From contig JAEOSU010000076.1 of the NCBI GenBank assembly GCA_016840165.1, forward strand, positions 64,001-128,000: 64,000 bases of DNA, in the 5' to 3' direction. The notes under the pieces were generated by a model, which was given only the letters and a program-made list of their open reading frames with translations, was not told the origin of the DNA and did not search any database. This stretch comes from Promethearchaeota archaeon. GTDB lineage: Archaea > Asgardarchaeota > Lokiarchaeia > Sigyniarchaeales > SOKP01. Positions 1 through 9,168 of the stretch are shown piece after piece (the first letter of the stretch is position 1; every line of letters begins with the position of its first letter). The translations under genes and the position numbers were made by a program.

Positions 1-18
1 AACAGAGTGGTGTGAACT

Positions 19-1923
19 ATGGAAGGAGAAAGAATTTCTTATCATAAAACAGTTCAAAAAGTCTATGAGAGAATTAAAGAAGATGGAATAACGAGTATCT
101 GGGATAGATTCCAAGCTCAAGGATTCGGAGATAACCCGGATAAACGTTGTCCTTTTTGTCTCAAAGGAGCTAGATGTGATTTGTGTTCTAACGGACCATG
201 TCGAGCTGATGCCTCTATAGATAAGAGAGGGGTATGTGGAATTACAGCAGATGGCATGGCGATGAGAATGATGCTACTTAGAAATGTTATGGGAACCTCA
301 ACATATCATTATCATACCGAAACCACGCTAAGGACATTAAAAGCTACTATTGAAGGAAAAACACCTTTCAAAATAAGCGAACCAGAAAAACTGAAAACTT
401 TTGCTAAACGTCTTAACATCGATACCTCGGGTGGAGAAAATGACATCGCATTGAGATTATACCAATTTGTGAAAGATGATTTTAATGTTCCATATACTGA
501 ACATAGCAAGATTGTCGAAGCTTTAGCTCCAAAAGAAAGAAAAGAAATTTGGAAAAAATTAGGGATCTTTCCTGGTGGAGTTTATGGAGAAATGATGTTT
601 TCAACAAGTTCTTGCTTAACAAATGTGGATGGGTATTATGCAAGTTTAGCTTTGAAGGCGATGAGATTAGGTATAGCGATGGCTTATCAAAGTCAAATCG
701 TAAATGAATTTATACAAGATATATTATTTAACGTCCCAAGACCTCATAAAATGCGTGTGAATTTAGGTGTTTTAGATCCGGATTATGTGAATATTTTACC
801 TAATGGTCATGAGCCTTTCTTGGGATTTGCTATGGTCCAATTAGCACGAAAGCCAGAATGGCAAGAGAAAGCAAAAGCAGTTGGAGCAAAAGGGTTGCGA
901 ATAATAGCGAATATTGAAACAGGTCAGGAAATGATTCAAAGATGGGAAATGGATGATGTATTCTATGGATTTACAGGAAATTGGATAATGCAAGAAACCG
1001 TTTTAGCGAGTGGATGCATCGATGCGTTTGTATGTGATATGAATTGTTGCATGCCTATAGACCCTTTATATGCAGAAAAGTACAAGTTTAAGCTAATTCC
1101 TGTATCAGAAGTAGTGGTATTTGAGGGTATCGATGAAAGATTGGATTATATACCAGAAAAAGCGGAGGAACAAGCAGCAAAGCTATTACAAATGGGCATT
1201 GATAATTTTAACGAAAGGCATACAACCATTACACCTATAAGAGATCTGGAAATGGGTGAGGCAGTAGTCGGATTCTCAACTGAAAGCATTTTAGAAGCAC
1301 TAGGCGGAACACTTGATCCCTTATTAGGTGCAATAAAAGATGGAACCATTAGAGGAATTGCGGGTATGGTATCATGTACAACGCTCCGAGATTATGGACA
1401 AGATGTACATACCGTTAATGTAGTTAAGGAATTAATTAAAAATGATGTTTTAGTTCTTTCAATGGGTTGTGGAAATGGTGCTGTTCAGGTTGCAGGATTA
1501 TGTTTACCAGAAGCTAAATATTTAGCTGGACCTGGACTGAAAACATTATGTGAAAAATTAGAAATTCCACCTGTGTTAAGTTATGGAACATGTACTGATA
1601 CTGGTCGTGTTGCTGATCTTATTGGAGCAGTATCAAACGCATTGGGAGGAGTTGCAATACCCGATTTACCTGTAGTTGCTGTGGCACCCGAATATATGGA
1701 ACAAAAAGCCACCATTGACGCTATATTCGCTTTAGGATTTGGTCTTTATACATATGTAAATCCTGTTCCAACCGTCACAGGAGGTCCAGATCTTGTTAAA
1801 CTTTTAACCGTAGACTGTAAAGATATAACTGGTGGGATATTACATGTTGAAACCGATAGTAAAGAGGCTGTGAAGGCTATGCTTGATCATATAGAAACAA
1901 ACAGGAAGAAATTAGGAATATAA
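19..1923 (+). CDS. cooS: Anaerobic CO dehydrogenase catalytic subunit, atypical (CooS-V-like / prismane-CODH family)
   Basis: D/B-cluster Cys motif RCPFC..ARCDLCSNGPC...GVCG; C-cluster region NGHEP, DMNCC, VSCTT, MGCG, GTCTD; EQKA. The usual CCTG ligand motif reads NIETGQE. Confidence 0.92.
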   Translation: MEGERISYHKTVQKVYERIKEDGITSIWDRFQAQGFGDNPDKRCPFCLKGARCDLCSNGPCRADASIDKRGVCGITADGMAMRMMLLRNVMGTSTYHYHTETTLRTLKATIEGKTPFKISEPEKLKTFAKRLNIDTSGGENDIALRLYQFVKDDFNVPYTEHSKIVEALAPKERKEIWKKLGIFPGGVYGEMMFSTSSCLTNVDGYYASLALKAMRLGIAMAYQSQIVNEFIQDILFNVPRPHKMRVNLGVLDPDYVNILPNGHEPFLGFAMVQLARKPEWQEKAKAVGAKGLRIIANIETGQEMIQRWEMDDVFYGFTGNWIMQETVLASGCIDAFVCDMNCCMPIDPLYAEKYKFKLIPVSEVVVFEGIDERLDYIPEKAEEQAAKLLQMGIDNFNERHTTITPIRDLEMGEAVVGFSTESILEALGGTLDPLLGAIKDGTIRGIAGMVSCTTLRDYGQDVHTVNVVKELIKNDVLVLSMGCGNGAVQVAGLCLPEAKYLAGPGLKTLCEKLEIPPVLSYGTCTDTGRVADLIGAVSNALGGVAIPDLPVVAVAPEYMEQKATIDAIFALGFGLYTYVNPVPTVTGGPDLVKLLTVDCKDITGGILHVETDSKEAVKAMLDHIETNRKKLGI

Positions 1924-1926
1924 TAA

Positions 1927-1944
1927 TTTTTTTTCTATTTTTTA
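1927..1944 (+). terminator. T-rich archaeal-type terminator after cooS
   Basis: T-tracts immediately after the TAA stop. Confidence 0.45.
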
Positions 1945-2028
1945 TCTTAAGTTGCTAGTATTTATGAAGGGACAAACTAAGAACATGTTCAAGAGCAAAC
2001 TTATTTGAATACTAAAATTTTTCCTTTT

Positions 2029-2781
2029 ATGACTGAAGCAACTCAACCAAAAAAAGTATTTAGGAAAATTATTGAAATTGATGAGGAACTTTGCACCGGT
2101 TGTGGAGCTTGTGTAGTATCTTGTGCGGAGGGTGCTTTAGCTATTATTGATGGCAAGGCAAAGGTTATCAATGAAGTGTTTTGCGATGGATTAGGTGCCT
2201 GTATTGGAGAATGTCCTGAAGGGGCACTTAGAATCATTGAACGCGAGGCGCTTGAATTTGATGAAGAAGAAGTCGAAAACTATTTAGAATCTATAAAAGA
2301 AAAGACCATTAAAGAGAGTTATCAGTGTTCATGTCCATCTGCGCAAACTATGATATTTGAAGAGAAATTAGATGAAGAGACATCTATAGGAGCTTCTTAT
2401 TCTGCTCTTAGACAATGGCCAGTACAAATGCATTTAATTAATCCATTAGCACCCTATTTTAAAGGAGCAGACGTAATTTTGACAGCTGATTGTGTAGCAT
2501 ATTCCCTAGGAGGTTTCCATAGTGATTATCTTCGTGGAAAGTCTATAGCTATTGCCTGCCCTAAACTTGATCAAGGGAGGGAACGATATATTGAAAAAAT
2601 TCGAATGTGGATCGATGATGCAAAAATCAATACTCTTACAGTTATGATGATGGAAGTTCCATGTTGTACAGGCTTGTTAGCTTTAGCTAAGGATGCTGCA
2701 AATCAGGCTCAGAGAAAGGTTCCTATTAAATATATTATAGTTGGAATAAAGGGAGATATTTTAAAAGAAGAATGGATTTAG
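2029..2781 (+). CDS. 2x[4Fe-4S] ferredoxin-domain protein with Cys-rich C-terminal domain (type often found beside hcp)
   Basis: CTGCGACVVSC and CDGLGACIGECP; LRQWPVQ, ADC, IACPKLD, MEVPCC. ATG 2029 preferred over TTG 2005. Confidence 0.85.
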   Translation: MTEATQPKKVFRKIIEIDEELCTGCGACVVSCAEGALAIIDGKAKVINEVFCDGLGACIGECPEGALRIIEREALEFDEEEVENYLESIKEKTIKESYQCSCPSAQTMIFEEKLDEETSIGASYSALRQWPVQMHLINPLAPYFKGADVILTADCVAYSLGGFHSDYLRGKSIAIACPKLDQGRERYIEKIRMWIDDAKINTLTVMMMEVPCCTGLLALAKDAANQAQRKVPIKYIIVGIKGDILKEEWI

Positions 2782-2807
2782 TTTTTTAATTATTAATCAA
2801 ATGAATT

Positions 2808-3461
2808 TTAAATATCCATTACCACTTTCTTTTTAATAATTTTTCTCAGCATTACTGATAGAGCAGATTTTGATCTTCCTAAATTCTTTGCTAATTCTTC
2901 TAAAGAGATTAATCGGGGTATTTCAAAAAATCCTTGTTTAATAGCTTCATCTAAAACCTGCGATTCTTCTATGCTTAATCGCTCTTTCTGTTCATCAAGA
3001 ATATAGGGTGAAGTCCCTATTCTTAACAACTCGAAATCGATGTTTTTCTGCTCAAATATAGTTAATAATATATCAATATTTTTTCTACTAGAAACAAGCC
3101 TCCAGTAAGCATATCCCTCCCTTACGTTAACTGGAAACTTTACTAATACTCCACATTTAATAAGTGCATATAATAAGTAGGGATCTCTAGTTTTAACGTT
3201 AAATCGAACCTTATTTTCATCTTGTTCTAATATAGTAAAATCTTGAACAGAGGAATGATTTCTAACTAAATCAATTACTTCATCAATTTTGAAATCTTGT
3301 ATTTCAATAATAGAATTTCCTATAGATTTTTCTAAATCGTAGGGAAGGAAATATTCTATTTCCATTTTAATATTTGGGAATTTGTTAAAAATTTCCGAAA
3401 TCCAGATTTGTTCAGGAAATTTTATTTTCACTCGTGCTAAACTTGCTTTAGTTGAAACCAT
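2808..3461 (-). CDS. Transcriptional regulator with C-terminal HTH_10 (Bat-like) domain
   Basis: C-terminal AIKQGFFEIPRLISLEELAKNLGRSKSALSVMLRK. Confidence 0.85.
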   Translation of the reverse strand: MVSTKASLARVKIKFPEQIWISEIFNKFPNIKMEIEYFLPYDLEKSIGNSIIEIQDFKIDEVIDLVRNHSSVQDFTILEQDENKVRFNVKTRDPYLLYALIKCGVLVKFPVNVREGYAYWRLVSSRKNIDILLTIFEQKNIDFELLRIGTSPYILDEQKERLSIEESQVLDEAIKQGFFEIPRLISLEELAKNLGRSKSALSVMLRKIIKKKVVMDI

Positions 3462-3544
3462 CTAATTTAGTAATTATAAGCAATATAAATTTTTTTCAGT
3501 ATTTGAATAATTAATAATATATAGCTTTCGAAATATGTATTATT

Positions 3545-4144
3545 ATGGTCGAGAATAACAATTTATTATTAGGAGTCTGTGGAAGTCCTAGAAAGGAAGG
3601 AACTGAATTTGCCATTCAATATGCCTTGACTTATGCGCGGGAGAAATTTCATTTTGAAACTGAATTTTGGACGGTAAGAGCTAAAAAAATAAATTTTTGT
3701 ATCAATTGCGATTACTGTGTTAATGAGAAAAAAGGTTGTGTGTTTAAAGATGATATGCTTGAGTTGTATCCTAAATTAGAAAATGCAAAATTTCTATTAT
3801 TTGGAACACCGGTATTTCAAGGAAATCTTTCTGGGCAGTTAAAAACTGTAATGGATCGCTGCCGAGCACTAGTAGCAAAGAATCCGGAAGTATTTAAAGA
3901 AAAATATGGAGTTGCCATCGCTGTCGGGGGTGACCGTAGTGGAGGTCAAGAAATTGCAATACGAACAATTCTCGATTTCTATCAACAAAACCATGTAATT
4001 TCTTTGTCGGGAGGAGCCTTTGGTGCAAATTTAGGAGCTAGTCTATGGAGCAAAGATCGTGGAAAGGAGGGTGTAGAAACCGATGAGGAAGGTCTGCGAG
4101 CAGTACGGAAAATTATAAAACGTTTAGCAGAACTTAAATATTAA
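3545..4144 (+). CDS. Iron-sulfur flavoprotein (multimeric flavodoxin / Isf family)
   Basis: GSPRKEGT, CINCDYC..GC, TPVFQG, GGDRSGGQE. Confidence 0.9.
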   Translation: MVENNNLLLGVCGSPRKEGTEFAIQYALTYAREKFHFETEFWTVRAKKINFCINCDYCVNEKKGCVFKDDMLELYPKLENAKFLLFGTPVFQGNLSGQLKTVMDRCRALVAKNPEVFKEKYGVAIAVGGDRSGGQEIAIRTILDFYQQNHVISLSGGAFGANLGASLWSKDRGKEGVETDEEGLRAVRKIIKRLAELKY

Positions 4145-4230
4145 CTTCCAAATCCACAATATTTATTTGAATAAAATTGGTACCTTATTCTAAAATAAGA
4201 AAAAAATATGAAAATATTGCTTTGGAAATA

Positions 4231-4527
4231 TTAACCTACTCCAAATAACTTTTCTGCTTCTTTTTCACGTAACCCGCTAATTCCAAAAAGTTCTTTAAAA
4301 ATGTATTTACCTTTATACATTACCACAGGAGTATTAACTATACATCCATCAGCATCACAAAAAGTTCCTAAAAAATTCTCGTCATTCAGTAATTGACTGA
4401 CAAATTCCTCGTCATTTATGTCTTTTTCAACATAATTAACTTCGTTTTCATTCAACCACTCTTTAAGGGCATGACAACGTGAACAATTTTCCTTAGTGAT
4501 TATAATGGGAAGTTTAATTTCAGCCAT
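4231..4527 (-). CDS. Glutaredoxin-like protein
   Basis: CSRC near the N-terminus, cis-Pro TPV motif, extra CDADGC insertion. Confidence 0.75.
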   Translation of the reverse strand: MAEIKLPIIITKENCSRCHALKEWLNENEVNYVEKDINDEEFVSQLLNDENFLGTFCDADGCIVNTPVVMYKGKYIFKELFGISGLREKEAEKLFGVG

Positions 4528-4605
4528 GATATTTCTATTTAAGTTATTAGCTATAAAAAATTTTTATCTTCTAAATTATAAATGCTTTTCTAATAGATAA
4601 CGTGT

Positions 4606-5649
4606 CTAAACCAACTGCTTAATCAGCCATCTTAGGGCATTAATTAATTGCTCATCTTCATTCAACACGTTGATTGAAAAATATTGAAGGGGCATTCCAC
4701 ATTTTTCTAATTCATTAATGTCAAAGTTTTTATAAATAAAATCAGGACTTAATTCCTCCTTATCATGAAATTTATTACCAATGATCATTATTGGCATATA
4801 CTCCCCTTTATCTAAACATCTATTTAAAACAAGCTGAAACATATCTATAGTATCTTTAATACTGGATTTTTCTGATGCATTAAAGATTAAAATAAACGCC
4901 TGGGCATTATCTAGGCAGTAATCATAAAGATTTTTTTGAGTATCTTCGAAATCACTTTCAATACACTCATATGTTAATAATTCAATGTTGTCGATAATAA
5001 AATCATAGACTTTATTAGCTAGATTCCTCTTTGCTTCATCATCTTTATAGTTAAGGAATTGTATAACTTCCAAATTTTTTAACAATGTCGTTTTACCTGA
5101 ATTTCGAGGTCCAAAGACATAAATTTTTTTCAAATCTCCTTTTCCGATAATAGGTGTCGAAATATTAATTTTTGGAGTGATCATCATATAATATTTATCA
5201 AATGTATCTAAAAAATGCTTTCTAAAAGATTTTGAAGCTCTTTTTAATGGATTTTTCCTAAGTAAATTGTCTTCCTTAGTATGTAATAGTTTAGTGAGTT
5301 CTTTATAGGATTTCAATTCGGAAGCGAATTTCTCTAATTCATCCGATTTCGAAAGTAAATAGTTATAAACATCTGTAATTTCATCCTTATAATAAGCGGC
5401 ACGAATCATATAAGTTATCATTAACAAATCTTTACCCCCTCGTGCAATTTCTGAATCAATATAAAAGATGTGATTAATAGTCTGATATTTTCGATAAGCA
5501 AAAATGAAAGTACCCTCCTCATCTTGAAATTCAAGAATTCTTCCTAAATCAGGGTGCTCGTCTGCCACGAGGGGATTATTACAATAAAATGTATTAGGAC
5601 CTAAAACCGTATCAAAATAACTTAAACAAAGGATAGACTCATTTGGCAT
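4606..5649 (-). CDS. Longin/uDENN-like N-terminal domain fused to a divergent Ras-superfamily GTPase domain
   Basis: N-terminal LSYFDTVLGP; P-loop GPRNSGKTT; AFILIFN; G4 GNKFH. Confidence 0.7.
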   Translation of the reverse strand: MPNESILCLSYFDTVLGPNTFYCNNPLVADEHPDLGRILEFQDEEGTFIFAYRKYQTINHIFYIDSEIARGGKDLLMITYMIRAAYYKDEITDVYNYLLSKSDELEKFASELKSYKELTKLLHTKEDNLLRKNPLKRASKSFRKHFLDTFDKYYMMITPKINISTPIIGKGDLKKIYVFGPRNSGKTTLLKNLEVIQFLNYKDDEAKRNLANKVYDFIIDNIELLTYECIESDFEDTQKNLYDYCLDNAQAFILIFNASEKSSIKDTIDMFQLVLNRCLDKGEYMPIMIIGNKFHDKEELSPDFIYKNFDINELEKCGMPLQYFSINVLNEDEQLINALRWLIKQLV

Positions 5650-5831
5650 TTTGTATTAGAAAGGTATATTTTTCCTTATCTTATATAGAAGATAGTATTA
5701 GTTTTATATTAAACTATGAAATTAAAAAATAATCATATTACTCCATCTTGTTATTTTTTTCCTAAGCTTCAGCGAAATATGTAATAATTTATAAAAAACA
5801 AATTTTAATTCTCTTAAGGTCTCTCTAAGAT

Positions 5832-6281
5832 ATGGATTCTAATACTCAAAATACTGATTTCAATAATGCCATCAAAAACTTATTTAATGGCAAACTAATG
5901 GAACGAGTTGCTGCTGCTAAAAAACTTGGAGATATGAGAGATGGTAGAGCTACTAATTTACTGATAAAGGCATTAAAATCTGAAAAAGAGGGAATTGTAA
6001 TTAATCGAATTATAGAAGCATTAGGCGATATAAAGAATGCTAAAGCAACAATACCAATCGCTGAATTTCTAAAGGTTGAAACTCAAAAACCAGAAGAGGA
6101 ACAAGATAAAACGAGAATGTTTTTAATCATTGAGAGTTTAATGAAAATAGGAGATAAGAGAGCTTTAACTCATCTTGGAATATTATTAAACTCATGTCAT
6201 AGTGATATAAGAAAACTTACTGAAGAGGCATTTGAGTGTATTGATCCTAATTGGAAAGATAATATTAAAAGTGTGGAATAA
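5832..6281 (+). CDS. HEAT/PBS-lyase repeat protein
   Basis: RVAAAKKLGD, IIEALGDIK, LMKIGDKRAL repeats. Confidence 0.8.
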   Translation: MDSNTQNTDFNNAIKNLFNGKLMERVAAAKKLGDMRDGRATNLLIKALKSEKEGIVINRIIEALGDIKNAKATIPIAEFLKVETQKPEEEQDKTRMFLIIESLMKIGDKRALTHLGILLNSCHSDIRKLTEEAFECIDPNWKDNIKSVE

Positions 6282-6312
6282 TCTAAATAAAATATAATTT
6301 AAATTTAAGTGA

Positions 6313-6642
6313 TTGAAAATGAATGAATTTCCAGAATTTATAAAGGAATTGTTTGAGGAAGTTGAAGGGAAAAATGAAAAACAACAGGTTTCCATATTTA
6401 CACTTAGCACTTGCATGTGGTGCAAGAAATGCAAAGCTTATCTGAAGGATAGAAATGTAAAATATAAATATATTGATGTTGATAGTATTACTGCTGATCA
6501 AAAATCACAAATCTTGCAATTCTTACGAGAAAATTACAAACCTGATAGGATTGCTTATCCATTTTTAGTATGTGATGATAAATTCGTGGTGGGATATGAT
6601 CCTAATAAATATGAAGAATTAATAAAACCGGAGGGGAACTAA
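6313..6642 (+). CDS. Glutaredoxin (NrdH-like)
   Basis: TLSTCMWCKK, AYP, VVGYD; adjacent to FTR. Confidence 0.88.
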   Translation: MKMNEFPEFIKELFEEVEGKNEKQQVSIFTLSTCMWCKKCKAYLKDRNVKYKYIDVDSITADQKSQILQFLRENYKPDRIAYPFLVCDDKFVVGYDPNKYEELIKPEGN

Positions 6643-6643
6643 G

Positions 6644-7009
6644 TTGGATATGAAAACTAAAGAAGGTATGAAGCAGTATGTGGAACAGGTTAGCAAAAAA
6701 AATGACTGGATTCTGAATATGGATAGCAATACCTTTAATGATTTGATCGATGGATTGGTTGATAATTTTCAGAAGTATGGTTATCAATCTTGTCCTTGTC
6801 GCTTAGCATCGGGGAGCAGAGAGTTGGACCGAGATTTAATTTGCCCATGTGATTATGCTCCTTTAGATGTCAAAGAACATGGTGCTTGTTATTGCAATTT
6901 ATACATGCGTAATGATTTTTATGAAACGATTAAAAAAGATTATATTAATGTTCCCGAGCGCAGACCAGTAGAAAAAGAAAATGCGGTTTTAGAATATTTT
7001 AATGAATAA
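6644..7009 (+). CDS. Ferredoxin:thioredoxin reductase catalytic subunit
   Basis: CPCR, ICPC and CYC motifs; C-terminal VPERR. Confidence 0.92.
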   Translation: MDMKTKEGMKQYVEQVSKKNDWILNMDSNTFNDLIDGLVDNFQKYGYQSCPCRLASGSRELDRDLICPCDYAPLDVKEHGACYCNLYMRNDFYETIKKDYINVPERRPVEKENAVLEYFNE

Positions 7010-7207
7010 AATTCGCATTAAATCAATCAAATCCAATTTCTATTATCAAATTTTATTTCAATTTTTTATAAGTATCGGGTAAGTCTTTAATTATTATATT
7101 TTATTTAGTTCTCCTTCATTTGGAATTTCTAATAAGCGGTATTAGTTATTTTTCTTTTATTAATTAAAGAGATCAATTTTAAATAGTTTCATATTTAGTT
7201 AGTCCAT

Positions 7208-7813
7208 ATGGAGCAAATTATCTTTTATATAGGAGCGGGTGTATTCACCCTCACTAGCTTTACATTCCTTCTATTAAAAAAAAAGAATCCTAAAGTTGCT
7301 TCCTTGAATATGATTGTAAACGTCGTAACCATTGTTTCATATCTTCTCATGGTTAGTGGATTATTTGTAGCTTCTGCGATGAGTGGCGATGCGATATACT
7401 GGACAAGATGGGCTTTCTATGCTGTAAGTTGTTCGTTCTTGATGGTTGAAATTTCCATGCTTCTGGGTATAGATAAACAGGATAAACTAGAAATTATTGT
7501 ATTTAACTCCTTGGTCATGATAACAGGATTATTTGCTAGTATATCAGAAGGCATTATCAAATGGCTCTTTTTCACACTAAGTTCTTTAGCTTATTTATAT
7601 GTACTTTTTCACATATTCAAGAAGCGATCCAATGCAAAATTTATCGTTGTTTTTGTTGCAATCTTTTGGTCTGGATTTCCAATAATCTGGATATTATCTC
7701 CTTCGGGATTAATGCTAATTGATGCATTTTGGACGGCGTTATTTTACCTTGTGCTTGATTTGATCACAAAGGTGTATTTTGGATATCATACAACTCTGAA
7801 ATATTCTAAATAA
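7208..7813 (+). CDS. Schizorhodopsin (Asgard microbial rhodopsin, inward H+ pump family)
   Basis: 201 aa with 7 hydrophobic segments; helix C RWAFYAVSCSFLMVE (F-S-E motif plus Cys); helix F FWSGFP; helix G DLITK carrying the retinal Lys. Confidence 0.92.
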   Translation: MEQIIFYIGAGVFTLTSFTFLLLKKKNPKVASLNMIVNVVTIVSYLLMVSGLFVASAMSGDAIYWTRWAFYAVSCSFLMVEISMLLGIDKQDKLEIIVFNSLVMITGLFASISEGIIKWLFFTLSSLAYLYVLFHIFKKRSNAKFIVVFVAIFWSGFPIIWILSPSGLMLIDAFWTALFYLVLDLITKVYFGYHTTLKYSK

Positions 7814-7949
7814 AAAATAATATAACTTTTTTTTATATTTCTTAATTATTTTATGTCTTCTTATAAAAATCATTTTAAATCTTCCTTAGCAAGGCATCTT
7901 TATAGAATATAATCTATACAGATAAATATCCATTTTCAATACTATTTAT

Positions 7950-8105
7950 ATGCCAGAAAATGAAATCACTGATGATGAGTTAGAAGAGGAATTAGAAAAA
8001 GCATTAAAGGAAAATGAAGCTAAACGAGACCATTGTGGTACTGCCCTTCCAACTAATCGGGAAGTCGGAATACAAAGAACTGACGTTAAGATAAAAAAGG
8101 ATTAA
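7950..8105 (+). CDS. Small acidic protein, 51 aa (not in ORF track)
   Basis: ATG..TAA reads MPENEITDDELEEELEKALKENEAKRDHCGTALPTNREVGIQRTDVKIKKD; purine-rich coding-like composition; T-tract follows. Confidence 0.6.
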   Translation: MPENEITDDELEEELEKALKENEAKRDHCGTALPTNREVGIQRTDVKIKKD

Positions 8106-8174
8106 AAACAATTTTTTTTATATTTTATTTTCAATTTATTATCATTACTATTCCAACTTTTTTAGGTGATTTAA

Positions 8175-9158
8175 ATAAAGCAGCGAATTAAAGGACGAAG
8201 AAACTTTCCTACCGATGAGGTGGATCCTGAGAATTTCCTTAGCGATGATGAAGTAAAAGAATTAATAAAAAACAAAGACGAGTATAGTTTTCAGCAAGAG
8301 GATTATTTGAAGCTTTATAACTGCGTGCATTGTGGTGAATGTGACACAGAAATCGAACGAATGGAATTAAAAGAAAAATTCTTGAATGATGGAAATATTT
8401 TTGATGAATATAATGCAATGTTGGAATGTTTTGAAAAGTTTCGTTCTCCCTATCCTACTAACGAGATGCGCATTAAAAAGCCAGAAACTATTCCGAAAGA
8501 ATCTGATACTCTTTTCTTTATGGGTTGCCTATCAACGATAAGGATTCCAAGATATACTGAACATGCATTGCAATATCTTTTGAAGCAAAATATCGATTTT
8601 ACTACTCTTGAGAATGAAATCTGTTGTGGTTGGCATCTAATTTCATCGGGCTTAACTAAGGAATTTAACGTATGTAAACAAGAAAACATTGAAATTTTTG
8701 AAAAATATAAAAAGATAATTTGCTTATGCCCTGCATGCTATTTTTTGTTTAACGAATATTATAAACCAGAAATGAAAACTGACATTAAGATCGACTATAT
8801 CAGTGATTATTTGAAACCTTCAAAAGAAAAAAAAGAAGGATCTATTGCTATTCAACACTTATGTCAGTTAAAGAACCGCGGAAGGGAGGGAGTTGATAAA
8901 TTTGTTGAAGGCATACTTGAGAAAAGTGGGTATGACGTAAAAAATGTGCCTCATTGGTGTTGTGGAGGAGGAACAGGTTGGTTGAATCGAACAGATATTA
9001 TTGAAGCAATTGCTAGAAAGAGAATGGGAGATTTCGATAATACCGGAACCGATTATGTAACAACTTATTGTCCCTCTTGTTGGTGGATTTTATATAGATT
9101 TGGTAAGAAATGCAAGATTAAACCAGAAATTAGGGATCTATTTGAACTACTTCTTTAG
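8175..9158 (+). CDS. CCG-domain Fe-S protein (HdrD/GlpC-like), paralog 1
   Basis: CVHCGEC, FMGC, ICCG, CPAC, WCCG, CPSC. Frame is open back to ATA 8175, after an AGGTGA SD; the track start is GTG 8220. Confidence 0.85.
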   Translation: MKQRIKGRRNFPTDEVDPENFLSDDEVKELIKNKDEYSFQQEDYLKLYNCVHCGECDTEIERMELKEKFLNDGNIFDEYNAMLECFEKFRSPYPTNEMRIKKPETIPKESDTLFFMGCLSTIRIPRYTEHALQYLLKQNIDFTTLENEICCGWHLISSGLTKEFNVCKQENIEIFEKYKKIICLCPACYFLFNEYYKPEMKTDIKIDYISDYLKPSKEKKEGSIAIQHLCQLKNRGREGVDKFVEGILEKSGYDVKNVPHWCCGGGTGWLNRTDIIEAIARKRMGDFDNTGTDYVTTYCPSCWWILYRFGKKCKIKPEIRDLFELLL

Positions 9159-9168
9159 TTTTTGAACC

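Noticed and set aside
2808-7813. Bat-like regulator controlling the rhodopsin, as in haloarchaeal bop/bat
   Set aside because: It has only the generic HTH_10 domain, no PAS/GAF/LOV, and lies about 4 kb away with unrelated genes between.
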